A stretch of 64,000 bases of DNA from Eutreptiella sp. 'Long Island Sound 2002' (taxonomy: Eukaryota; Protista; Euglenida). The translations under genes were made by a program, and so were the position numbers. The DNA is taken from assembly GCA_964036045.1 (NCBI GenBank), contig OZ038378.1, forward strand, positions 165,974,001 through 166,038,000. Reading direction: 5' to 3'. This document shows, one piece after another, positions 51,101 through 63,700 of this stretch. The notes beneath the pieces were generated by a model that had not been told where the DNA came from, ran no database searches, and saw only the letters and a list, made by a program, of their open reading frames with translations. Positions within the stretch are counted from its first letter, which is position 1, and each line of letters starts with the position of its first letter.

Positions 51101-54100
51101 AATGAGCGATGAGGGTTTTTTTGTTGTTGTTGTTTGTATTTGTTTTTTGTGATGCCACATTGTTTTGGGCCCACCATTTCTAGTTCCGCGAGTGTCTAGT
51201 GCTGCCCCAGTGCAGCGCATTTGTTGTGCTGCTACAATGTAGCATATTATGGTGTTGCAATGCAGCGTGTTATGGGTGTTGCCACAGTGCATCAATTTTT
51301 TTTTGGTTTTTGTTTTTTCTGCTACCAAAGCGCGGTGTGTTTTTGTGCTGTTGCAATGCAGCGGTTTGTATGATGCCACATTGCAGCGGGCTTTTGGTTC
51401 TGCCGCGGTACAGCATGTTTTTTTGTTGGTGTTGCCACAATCCAGCTTGTTTTTGTGATGCCGCAGTGCAGCGTGTTTTGTGTGCTGCCACACTGCGGCA
51501 TCAAATTTTGTGCTGCCATGGCACAGCTTTTTTATGTAGCTGCCATAGTGCAGCATGAAATTGTGTGCTGCCACGGTGCAGCGCTTATTGCTGTGCTGCC
51601 ATAGTGCGGCTTGTTTCGTGCAATGGTGCGGTGCTGCATGTTCTTTGTGTTGTCATAGTGCTGGGTATTTGTGTGCTGCCACAGGGCAGCGTGTTTTTTT
51701 GTTCTGCCACAGTACAGCATTGTTTTTTTTGTTTTGTTAGTGCGGCCACGGTGCAGCTGTTTATCTTCCTTGTGTTTTCTGCTGCCGCAGTGCAGCGTAT
51801 TTTTTGTGTTGCCACCGTGCAGCTTGTTTTTGTGCTGCCGCACTGCGGCATGGTATTTGGCGCTGCCACAGTGCAGTGTTTTTTGTGTTGCTGCCTATTT
51901 TTGTGCTTCCACTGTGCTGTGTGTTTTTTGAGCTGCCGCAGGGCAGCGTGTTATTTGTGCTGCCAAAGTGCAGCCAGTGTTTTGTGCTGCTGCAATGCTG
52001 TTTTTCTTTCTTTCTTTCTTTGGCTGCTACAGTGCCACAACAATCGGGACCAAATGGTGTCATGGGCCCATTGGGAGCCCAATACCCCAGGTGCAGGTGG
52101 GGGTGCGGCTGGGATGCACCCCAAGTCCACTGGGGGACAGGTACCCAGACTTGGGGTGCAACAGGGACACACCCTAGGTCCGCTGGGGGACGAGTACCCA
52201 GAGTAGGGGTGTGACAGCCACAAAGTAGTATGCCCTTTAGCCGCCACGGAGCATGCGGCTTTTTTGTAGCGACATGGTGGCATGCCTTTTTTGCGGCCAC
52301 TGAGTAGCCGTCCTTTTAGCTATCGCTGATCGCTGATCGTTGGGCCTTATAGCTGCCACTGAGCAGTATGCTTGTTTGTAGCCATTGGCTTTTAGGCAGC
52401 CACGGATCATGGTTTTTTGCTGGCGCAGCGGGCTTTTTTGTTGCCGCGGCGGCATGCCCTTTGCAGCCACTACTCAGCGAGCTTTTTGCTGCCGTTGAGC
52501 ACCAAGGTTTTTGCTGCCACGAGGTAGCTGGCTTTAAGCGGCCACTGAGCAGCAAGCTATTGCTGAGCAGCAGGTTTTTTAGCAGCCACTGCGCGTGGGC
52601 CTCTTTGCTACCACTGAGTAGCAGGCCGTTATGCAGCCACCGGGCACCAGCCTTTTAAGCTGCATAGAGCAGCGGCGTCCGTTGCTATCATAGGGCAGCA
52701 GGGTATTTTGCTACCATTGAGCAGCAGGATTTTTGCAGCTTAAAAGTAACAGGGTTTTTGCGACCATTGAGTTGCAGGCCTTCTTGCTGCCACTGAGCGC
52801 CAGCCTTTTTTGATGCATGGAGCAATGGGGTCTTTTGCTGCCATAGGGCAGCAGGGTTTTTTGTTGCCGCAGAGCAACGGGGCTTTTTGCTTCTTCTAAG
52901 CAGCTGGGTTTTTTGACTGCCAGTGAGCTTCTGACCCTTTTGCAGCCATAGAGCAGGAGAATTTTTGCTGCCATTGAGCAGTGGGCCTTTTCGCGGCCAC
53001 TGGGCAGCATGCCTTTTTGATGCCACTGAGCAACAAGTCTTTAATTTGCAGCTACGTAACAAGCTCCTTTGCTGTCACCGGGCAACAAGCCTCTTTGCTG
53101 CACCAAGGTAGCATGCTTTTATGCTGCCACCGAGCCATGGGCCTTATTGTTGCCACAGAGCAGCATGTCCAATTACTACCACAGATCGCCAAAAATTTCT
53201 GCTGTTCTGAGCCACAGAGCCATAGAGCAGCAGGGTTTTTCTTAGCTGCCGCAGCACAATGGGCCTTTGTGCTGCCAATGAGCAGGAGGGTTTTTGCTGC
53301 CGCAGAGCACCAGGCCATATTGCTGCCACACACTGGCGGCGTTTTTCGCTGCCATTTAGCGGCAGGCTTTTTTGCTGCCCTAGGGCAGGTTTTGTTTTTC
53401 CTCAGTCACTGAGCAGCAAGCTTTTTCACAGCAACTGAGTAGCATGCTCTTTTGCTGCCACTGAGCGGCAGGCTTTTTAGCTTCAACTGAGTAGCATGCT
53501 CTTCTGCTGCCACTGAACAGCAGGCCTTTTTGCTGCAACAGAGTAGCATGCTCTTGTGCTGCCGCTGATTGGTAGGTTTTTATGGGCACTGGGCAAGAGG
53601 CCTTTTTCGCTACCACAGTGCGGCAGACCTTTTTGCTGCCATGAGCAGCAGAACAATTTTTGATTTCTTTTATTTTTTATTTTAATTTTTTTTTTGCTGC
53701 CACCGAGCAGCATGTCCCTTTGCAGCCACTGAGCACCAGGCCATTGTGCTTCACTCGGCAGCGTGCTGTTTTGCTACCGTTGGGCAGCGGGGTTTTTTGT
53801 TTGCTGCCACTGAGCAACAGGCCTTTTTTGCAGCCACTTAGCAGCAGGTTTTTGCGTACCAGAGAGCAATATGTCGTTTTGCTGCCATTGTACCCCATGC
53901 TTTTTTGCCGTCACAGAGCACCCATTCTTTTGCTGCAACTGCGTGGCATGCTGTTTTGCTGCCACTGGGCAACAAGCTCTTTTGCTGCAACTGAGCAGCG
54001 TGCTTTTTTGCTCCCACGGCGTGCTTTTTTGCTCCCACAGCGTGTCAGGCCTTTAGTGCAACCACGTGGCATGCTCATTTGCTGCCACTAAGCAACAGGG

Positions 54101-57100
54101 CTTTTGCGGGCATAAGCAGGGGGCTTTTTGCTACCACACAGCAGATGGATCCTTTGCTGCCACAGAGCAGCATGTCTCTTTGCTGCCACTGAGCGCCAGG
54201 CTTTTTTGCGGCAAGTGAGGAGCATGCTCTTTTGCTGCCACAGAGTGTCAGGCTTTTTAGCAGCAACTGTGTGGCATGCTCTTTTGCCGCCACTGAGCTG
54301 CGAGCTTTTTTCCTGCCGCAGAGCAGCGAGTCCTTTTGCTGCCACCGAGCAGCAGGCCTGTTTGCTGCACCGAGGAGCGGTCTCCTTAGCTACCATTGAA
54401 CAGAAGGTCCTTTTTTTGCCGCCACTGAGCAACGGGCCTTTTTGCGGCCACTGAGAAGCGGAGTTTTTTACTGCCACAGAGCAGCGTGTTTTTTGCTGCC
54501 AAGGAGCGGTGGGCTTTCTTGCTGCCACGACGAGGCATGTTTTTTGGCTGCCACTGATCAACAGGCTTTGTTGTTGCCACTAAGTAGCATGCCTTTTTGC
54601 TGCTACTGAGCGTCAGGTTTTTTTGCTGCCACTGAGTGGCAGTTTTTTGCCTACCACAGAGCAGCATGTCGTTTTGCTGCCGCTAAACACCGCGCCTTTT
54701 TTGCTGTCACTACGCAGCACGCTTTTTGATGCCACAGAGCATCTTGTCCTTTGGCTGCCATTGAGTGGCAGGCCTTTTTTGTTGCCATTGAGCATGCTCT
54801 TGTGTTGCCACTGAGCGCAAGCCTTTTTGCTGCAGATGTTTGTAGCAGGTGTTTTCCTGTCACTGTGTAGCCAGTTTTTGCTGTGACTGAGCGGCACGCT
54901 GCTTGCTACCACTGAGCAATAGGCTTTTTGCTGCCACTGAACGCAAGCTTTTTGGCTGCCGCTGAGCAGCATGCTTTCCTGCAGCCATAGAATAGAGGGC
55001 CTTTTGGCGGCCGCTACCCAGTGGGATTTTTGCGGCCACGGAGCAGCGGGCATTTTTGCTGCCACTCAAAAGCAAGCTTTTTGCTGCCGCCGGGGCTTTC
55101 TTGCAGCCACAGATCGGCAAGCTTCTTGGCAACTTCAGTGCGCCGGGCCCTTTGGTGCCACTGAGCAACATGTTTTTTTGCTGTCACGAAACAACATGCT
55201 TTTTTGCAGCCAATGGGCAGCGGGCCCTTTGCTGTCACAGGGCAGCGGGCCTTTCTTTTTTCTTTTTTCTTGTTTATGTAGCCACTCAACAGAGGGGCTT
55301 TTTGCTGCCGCAGAGCAGCGTGTTTTTAGCCTAGCTGAACCGCGGGCCTTTTTGCCGTTGGGTAGCAGCCCTTTTTGCTGCCACTGAGCAGCAGGCTCCT
55401 TTGCTGCCATAGGGAGGCTCGCTCCATTGCTGCCGCTGACCAGAGTACCCTTTAGCTGCACTAGGTAGCACGGTTTTTCGCTGCCACTGAGCAGCAAGCT
55501 TTTTTGCAGCTATTGGGCGGCAGGGTCTTTAGGTGCCACATAGCAAGGCAGTAGGGTGTTTTGCAACCATCGAGCGGCAAGCTTTTTGGTAGCCGCTGTG
55601 CAGCACGATGATTTGTAGCCACTGAGTACCGCGCTTTTTTGCGACAACCAACAGTGGGCCTTGTTGCTGCCACTGAGCAGCAGGACCTTTAGTAGCGGCT
55701 GAGCAACAGGTCTGTGTGCTACCGGTAAATTGCAGGCTTTTTTGCGACCAAGGACTAGCGAACCGTTTAGCTGCCACCAAGTGGCAGGTCTTGTTGCTGC
55801 CACTGAGCGGCATACCTTATAGTGGCCACTAGCTTTTTGGCAGCCACGCAGCTGCACGGCTCTTTGCCGCCCAAGAACCACAGGCTTTTAGTAGGTTTTC
55901 TGGAGCGGCGGGCTTTTTGCTGCCGCAGAGGAGCAAGCCCTCGTGCTACCACAGAGTGGCAATTTTTTTTTTGCTGCCACAGAGTAGCAGGTTTTGGCAG
56001 CCAAAGGGTGGCATGTCCTTTGGCTACCGCTGAGCGGCAGGGTCTTTTGCATTGAATGGTAAGCTTAGTAGTTGCCACTAGGCAGCGTGCATTTTTGCCG
56101 CCACCGAGCAACAGGTTTTAGCTGCCACTGGGCAGCCTGCCTTTCTGCTGCCACTTAGCAGCAGGGACTTTTATTGCCATAGAGCGGCAAGCTTTTTAGC
56201 AGCCATTGGGCAGCAGTCTGTTTTTGCTGTCACCTAGCAGTGTGTTTTTATTTGCTGCCACCGAGCTGCGAGTTTTTGCAGCCACTGAGCGGCATGCCTT
56301 TCTGAAGCGACTGGCCAGCAGGGTCTTTTGCAGCTATTGAGCGACAAGCTTTTTAGTTGCCGTTGAGCAGCACGCTTTTTAGGTGCCACTGGGGAGCGGA
56401 TCTTTTTGTGGTCACCTGGCAGTGTGCTTTTTTGCTGCCACTGAGCAGCAGGTTTTGCAGCCACCAAGCACAAGGTTATGCGGCCACAGAGCGGTGTGTC
56501 CTTTTGCTACAGGTGTGCACGAGGCTTTTTTAGCTATCACTAGGTTAGGGCTTTTCTTTAGTTTTTGTTGCAGCAGGGCTTTTTGCTGTAAGTAAGCGTA
56601 AGTAAGCGGTGTGCTTTTTTTGGTGCCGTTGAAAAGCATGCTTTACTGCTGCCGCTGAGCAGCATGCCATGCGGCGGCCACAGCACAGCACACCACAGAG
56701 TGGCAAGTTTTTAGCTGCCAGTAAGAAGCAAACTTATTGGCTGCCGCTCAGCAACAGGTCTTTTTGCTGCCATTGAGCAGCGTGCCTTTTTGCTGCCACT
56801 GAGCAGCAAGCTTTTTCGTTGCCAATGAGTAGCAGGTCTTTTTGCTGCCACTGAGCAGTGTACTTTTTGACAGCAAGCCTTTTTTGCTCCCGATGGGCCG
56901 CAAGCTTTTTAGCAGTGGCGGAGTCGCGTGTTTTTGCTGCCACTCAGCTGCATGCCTTTAGCTACCACCGCGCGGCGTGTCTTTTTGCTGCCGCTGAGCA
57001 GCATGCTAAATAGCTGCCACTAAGCAGCAGGCTTTTCAGCCGCCACTAAGTGGCAGGCTTTTTGCTGCCACAGAGCATCAGGGATTTTTGTTGCGGCTGC

Positions 57101-58500
57101 GCAGCACCCTTTTTAGCAGCCGCAAAGTCGCAAGTTTTTGCTACCACTGAGCAGCATGCCTCTCTGCTACCGATGAGCAGCGTGCTTTCTAGCTGCCACT
57201 GCGCTGCAAGCTTTTTAGCTGCCACTGAGCGGCATGCCTTTTTGCTGCCACTGAGTAACAGATCCTTTGTTGCTGCTGTGCAACGTGCCTTATCACTGCC
57301 ACTGGGTGGCAGCAGGCCCTGCTGCAGTTGCGCCGCAGCATGCCTTTCTACTGCCACTGGGCAGCAGGGGCTTTTGCTGCCACTGAGCGGCAATTCGTTT
57401 GGATACCAGTGAGCGGCAAGCGTTTTAGCTGCCATAGAGCAGCAAGCTCGTTAGCTGCCACTAAGTGGCAAGCTTTTCTGTTGCCATTGAGCAGCATACC
57501 TTTTTGCTGCAGCTCCGCAGCATGCTTTTTTGCTACCACTGAGTAGCGAGGTTTTTGACTGCTGCTAAGCGGCACTTTTTTTAGCAGTCACTGAGTAGCG
57601 GGCTTCCTTGCTGCTACTTTTTTTTGGCCGACACTGAGCACCAGGCTTTTTTGCTTTCACCTAGCGGTGTGCAGTTTGCTGCCACTGAGCAGGTTGGGGG
57701 TTGCCAGTGAGCACCAGCTTAAATGGCCACAGGGCAACATGTCCTTTTGCAGCCGGTGTGCAGCAGGCCTCATGATGGCGCTAAGCTGCAGGCTTTTTGG
57801 TGCCTCTAGCCAGCTAGTTTTTTGCAGTCACTAAGCAGCATGCTTTTTCGCTGCCACTGAGCAGCACGGCTTTCTGCTGCCACAGAGGAGCATGCCTTTC
57901 TGCTGCCATTGAGTAGTAGGGGCCTTTGTTGGAACTGAGTGGCAAATTGTTTAGCGACCGTTGAGCAGCAAACTTTTTAGCAGCCACTGGGCAGCAGGTC
58001 TTTTGTTGCCACTGCGCATCAAGCTTGTTAGCGGCCACTGAGTGGCAGGGTTTTTTGCAGCCACTGGGCAACATGCCTTTGTGCAGCCGCAGAGCAACAG
58101 GCGCTTTAGCCGTCTCTAAGTAGCTAGTTTTTGCTGCCACTGAGCGGCATGCCTTTTTGTTGCCGCTGAGCTGTATGCCTTTTTGCAGCCGCTGAGCAGC
58201 GCGTTTTTTAGCTGCCATCGAGCAGCAAGCTTTTTTGCAGCCACTGAGCGGCAGGCCTCTTTGCTGCCGCTGGACACGGTGCCTACTTGCTGCCCCTGAG
58301 CAGCAGGTTTTTGTAGACACTGAGCAGCGGGTTTTTTGTAAGCACTGAGCAGTGGGCTTTTTTCCTGCTCTTCAGCAGCACCCCTTTGTGCTGCTGCTGA
58401 GCAACAGAGGCTTGGATGCCACTGAACGGCGGCGGTCGCTTTTGCCGCCACAGGGCACCGTGGTGCAGTGCAGCAGGTTTCCTACTGCTGCAGTGCTGCG
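48200..58500 (+). repeat. About 10.3-kb degenerate satellite of roughly 25-27-bp units (TTTTTGCTGCCACTGAGCAGCAGGC); a TG-richer variant occupies 50560-52030
   Basis: Continuous recurrence of GCTGCCAC/CTGAGCAGC with oligo-T spacers, all in one orientation. Confidence 0.93.
49729..50543 (+). repeat. 52-bp minisatellite, about 15 copies (GGCCCTAGGTCCACTGGGGGACTAGTACCCAGAGTTGGGGCGCGACTGAGAC); 2-3 more copies at about 52060-52210
   Basis: Unit starts at 49833, 49885 and 49937 give a 52-bp period. Confidence 0.93.
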
Positions 58501-58847
58501 CAAGCCAGTGTTAGCGGTGTAGGTCCGCCACACTCATAGGCCCCTCTAAGTGATGGAGGCTTGCGCAGCAGAGGCTGTTGTTGTAGTGTTGTTGTTGCTC
58601 TGTTCAGACAACAGAGGGGACAGGTATTTTCGAAAACTACCCTTTTCCGGATTTTTGGTGGCCAGTTTTCTCGACACGCACGCCAGCACATTTTTTTTTT
58701 GTGGTTTTTTCGGGTTGTTTTTTATATTTTACAAAATCGTTCTCCCACGCACCCATCTTGTACAGGTCCATCGGTGCACGGTCCATCCAGAACGGAATGA
58801 TGCGCCTCCGGGTAAGAGGGCTACGGGGCCTGCGTGTATACCGTCCC

Positions 58848-58867
58848 CAACAACAACAACAACAACA

Positions 58868-58904
<37 letters not shown>
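58848..58904 (+). repeat. (CAA)n(TG)n microsatellite abutting the apparent 5' end of the Penelope-like element
   Basis: Directly visible. Confidence 0.9.
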
Positions 58905-58906
<2 letters not shown>

Positions 58907-59348
58907 CGGGTGGTTACACCCGTCTCCAGCTAAGTACCTCCAGAGTAGACATGTAAGTAGCGCTGCGGTTTTCAATAGATCATACAATCATTGGCTAGAC
59001 AGGGCCAGACAGTGGGCAGGGTCTGTGGTGATCAGCGCACAATGCACTGTGAGAACAAACTCCTCTTCACCGTCACCCCTGTCGCAGAAAGGACCTTGCC
59101 TACCTTTTTGTTAATGGCCTGATGAAATTGTCTCGGTGACCAGTGCTCTGCCTTCGCTTGCTTTCGTCTTCACTGACGTTGTGCCCCGCGTTTGGTCCCC
59201 ACTGGTTTTCCCGCACGAAGTGTGTGGTCTGCTGTTGGCACGCCCCCCAGTGTCCGTTCGGCAGTTTGCGTTTTGTTGAAGACATCTCCACGCTTGGCGC
59301 TGCTTCGTCTACTCCACTAATCTCGTTTCTGTATCCTCCGACCCTCTC

Positions 59349-60754
59349 ATGGCCGACCCCCCTATTATCTGCCGCCGATGTCACAAAGGCGGGCACCATG
59401 CCTCTGCCTGTCCAGAAGCTAGCACCGGCAATCGCTCGGAGTGAGGAGGCCGCGGCCCCCCACCATCAAAGTGTTGGACCTGTGAGCTGATCGATGGCGC
59501 TGATGCAAACCACTGGGGAGATGAGTGTCCAGTAGCCGCACAGCGACTGAAGGATCGCCAATGCACCCTATGTGGTTCGCCAGACCACTGGAAAAAAGGA
59601 TGCCCCAGATACGAAGCAGACAAACATAAGGCCCGCAACCCCACAACCACCTACTGGCCCACCGGTCCCAAGCGATCAGCAATCTCATGGTGCCTGCGCT
59701 ACGGAGTCAAAGGGGAACACCCCACAATGGATTGCACAGCCGCCGGTCCCCCAATCATCTGTCTGACGCCTCCGATGCCGACGATCTGCAGGATGTCTGC
59801 CTCTGGTGCTCCATTAAAGGCCACTCCCATCAATCCTGCATGCGCCGAGCTCCAATCCAGGCAAAAGAAAATGCTACAGCTATTGCGGGTCTAACAGATC
59901 GCGTGGATGCCCTACAAAAATCCGTCACAGACTGCAATGCCTTGTCAAGAAAAGTGTCCACATTGGAGGGACATATGTCCAGCTTAATGACCTGGAAGTC
60001 AGCTACAGAGGGCCGCTTGACGGTTTTGGAGTCCTGGCAGTCCTCTGCCAACAATAAATTCGTCGCCCGGTCCAGCTTTGATGCATTCGTGGAAGAAAAA
60101 TTCACCCCGACGCAACGACAGGCCGCTACAGCAGTAGCAATATCGACCTTCGATGAATTTGTCAACACGCGCTTCCTCCCAACTGAACAACAGGCCTCGG
60201 CATCTCTTCCAACGGAATCGTTCAACGACTATGTCATGAGAATGGAACATGCGGGGTTCAAACCAGCTGACGAGGACACACCAATGTCAACGGCACGGCT
60301 CACGGGCGCCCCACGCATGGCTTCGGAGTCGCAGGAGATCGGTAGCCCAGGGCAAACGGCAAAGGAAAGAGCGGCAAAGCGTGCCCACACTCCGTCTGGC
60401 GCCGGCGGTGCAAGCTCCTCGTCTTCAGTGTTCGCCACGCCGGCCTCCCGTATGCAAGCAGGGGCAGCTGCGTTTGGTGGAGTCTCACCTCCGAGTGCGC
60501 CGTGGCTAGCGCTGAAACCTACAGAAAGCTCTCAGTGGTCAGACGACGCCCTTGACCTGCTATTTAGCGAATGGACAGCCCATATGGACTCCAGATTGCA
60601 GCAGTGCGCGTCGAAGCATCTCCAGGGTGAAATGAAGAGCACGGTGGAAACCCTGGCCCGTGATACGTGGTCACCGGAGAAGAAGCGTGGCATCTCTGCA
60701 GTGTTGACAACATCTCGAGTTCCAGTGCGCCTGTTCACCAATTTAAATCGGTAG
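59349..60754 (+). pseudogene. ORF1 of the element: five zinc-knuckle-like motifs plus coiled coil (about 468 codons; one TGA at 59442 and one frameshift near 59750 in this copy)
   Basis: CRRCHKGGHHASAC (59370), CWTCELIDGADANHWGDEC (59472), CTLCGSPDHWKKGC (59562), CLRYGVKGEHPTMDC (59691) and CLWCSIKGHSHQSC (59798), then heptad-like IAGLTDRVDALQKSVTDCNALSRKVSTLEGHMSSL. Confidence 0.8.
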
Positions 60755-63700
60755 GGGAGGGGGGAGATCATTTTCTGTTTCGGGCGTCCTCACCCCCGCA
60801 GACATGCAATGAGGGCCCCCCCGTAGACAGTTTGGTCAGCACCATGCTCTCCCTCCAGTGGATACGGCAAAAAATGGGTCTTGCCTCTTACATAGTCCAG
60901 CAAACATCAGAGTTCGTCTCCCATCTGGACACCCACGCATATTATCCGATGGACATGACACACACCGGTGATCCAATCCACAACACACGTAACCGTATCA
61001 ACGCCCTATCCCATTGTGACTCCCAAAGCAGTGAGCGTGCCTTATGTGACAAACGACACACCGACAACGTAGCCGGACAGTGGGCACATGCTTCGCCTCC
61101 GCCCCCCCTGCAGGCACAACCATTCAGAGATATACAGTGTTCCAAGGTGCCTGGGTGGGTTTTCCGCAGAGTATGCCACACCCTCTCCGCGGTCAGTGGA
61201 TGGTCCACACCACACGGGTGGCTTACAGCATGTCACATCCAATGGGACAATCCAGCGACACGGCTGATACACTCCTCCTCCTCCCCCCACGTCCTGACAT
61301 CTTGGGACGAATGCAGCTCCGTACTCCCTCTGCCCTCCCCCCTCCCTGACCCCCTGCAACACCTGTGGATTTGGGCCCCAGCATCTGAGGTCCCAGCGGT
61401 GCAATACCACTTCCCCCAAATGTCCACTGTGGGTTGGTTCAGGACTTCACAGCCCATTCACCTCATGACCTCGTCCAGTGCCCTGGATGCATGTGACAGC
61501 ATCCAAATACACCGTCTGCACCTGTTGTTGTCGCATGAAGGATCGAGCCTCTTGGTCCACCAACCCCCACCTCAGAGCACCAATGTCCTCAGAGCTTTAC
61601 GTATCCAGATGTCACGAGCCCTGTCGGATAAAAATCTTGGTAGATGGGCAGCACTCCACCAACGAAGGATATCCTACCTCCCGTACAACACGCATGCAGC
61701 GCTCAGGATGGCTCGCAGGTTGAGCCACGTCCACGTCTGGTACACTCATGTAACACCCCCCCAGTACGCAGTATACTTAGTATTCCATATATATCTCCAC
61801 CTTGTGTATGTGGGCGTCACAAGCAAAGCACTGATCGTTCGCCTCCGGAAACACCAAACAGACGCGTCGAGTTTCCAAGATTGCTCTACACTCCACCGAT
61901 TAATGTTGCAAACGGACAGTGCCCACTCGGGGATCATCCCCTTGCAATTCATGAGTGATGAGTGGTACGCCAGCGTCAGGGAGCGACACTGGTAGTTTGT
62001 GTTCAAAAAATGGGCCTGAAACGATGTTGCGCCAGGCATTAGCACCGAGGGGCAAGGGTCGGGACCACGGGGATGGCCGAACCAACGAGTCCTGCAAGTC
62101 CTGCACAGCATGAAAGAGGCCCGACAGATAAAGGATTTCCCGCGACTTAAATTTCTGCAGCAGGACCTTCACAGTCTGGCCTCGCAGATGAGTGTACCAC
62201 TGTACTCCGTAGGCAGTATCATCGTCCCGAATCTGCAGCCATCTCAGAAAAGTGCTATTCACAGAGTCACCCGAAAAATGATTGCTTCTGTTGCCAGCCC
62301 CGCATGGGAAAAACAGGCCCTGGCTAAGGCCATACGGGTCGTCCGCAGTAGCCCTGTAAACGTCCGCCGCGTTTTTGAGCAACACGCTCGGCGATTCGAT
62401 AAGTTAGGCGACCAGCCCCCATGCAAGTGTCTCACAGCACCAAAATTCCCGGGGGTCTCCACAGTCATCGATGGACACATAGCGTACACACCACTGTGGG
62501 TGCCTACCTGAGACACCTATGCCCGTCCCAACGACCCCCTACCCCTCAGCGGCTCCTCCGTCCGCTCCCACCTCCTCTCTGACCTGAAAAAGATGGCGGA
62601 TCAAATCGGTGCATGTCTTCCACCCCTCGAACTCATGCTCCCAGACTCCCTGTGGCCAGAGACGGGCCACAAGCTTACGCAAGTCAGGAAATTTGCCAAG
62701 TCGGTCTGTCAGTCCCACTATGTCCGCATCGTCGACAAGGGGGTGGGAGTCCTATGGGCATTCTGCCGCCACTGGGTATGGGGCATCATCCAACAGTTCC
62801 TGAAGAGCGAAGGCTACACCCCGTCCCCTAAAACGTTGCCCCAAGCCATGGCCTTCGTCTCTGCAGAGCTCGACGCCAGAGGCTGGGACCGCAACACAGC
62901 CGGTCAACTTCCCCTCCTCTATCTCCTGGGCAAATTCAAATCACTGGCTAAGGGTAAATGGCTCTGGCGCGGCATTACCTCCCTCCCCCAACCCCTGCTA
63001 CCCAAAAAATCGCTGCGCATCGCCGCACGGGCCAACACAGCCTTCCTCCGACTCCTGTGCCAAGAAGTCCCCTGCTGTTTTCTAGCTCAGAGCATCTCAG
63101 AAGTAAGCCAATGGTTCCACTGGTTAGACACGATAAACGCCCGGTTCATTAGTGAGGTGGATTGCAAGGACCAATTCAATAATATATGCCCCACAGACAT
63201 AGAATCGCACCTGACGGCAGCCAGCAAGTGGCTCGCCAAACGCCGCAAGTGGCGCATGACAGATATTGAGTGGTCCATTCACAAAGACTCCAAAATGCTC
63301 GACAGAGCGGGACGGGCAAAAGCAACGAAATTCTGGTACATCACCCACGCCCAAATGTCAGACACAATCACGTTTGAAATGCACTGCAATAACTTCATCA
63401 GAGCAGTGGGAGGGTTATGGTGCCGCCACGGTTGCATTCCAATGGGCGGTTCTTTTTCAGCCCAGGCAGCCGATCTGCACAACCTATGGCAGGTATATTC
63501 AAATCGCCACCTCCTGCGCCGCCTAGGCTCCCTCACTGTTTCCGAGGCAGGGTTCCCCTACTGGGAGTCCCCGCAGGGGATAACCGCCCTATGTCAATTT
63601 AGAGACAACATCCTGATTGCCACCACCAACCCAGACACCACCTCCCACCCCATCGTCTCTACAGTGTGTAACCTGCTTGGCGAGGCATGGAACCTGGATG

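Noticed and set aside
48200-58500. Dozens of short Cys/Ala/Lys-rich ORFs
   Set aside because: They derive from the satellite monomer, overlap in all frames and show no domain signal.
59080-59135. Hammerhead ribozyme (GAAA at 59087, CTGATGA at 59119) in the PLE leader
   Set aside because: Stem I is only 3 bp, stem III has a 1-nt loop, and stem II cannot form (A opposite A at the closing pair).
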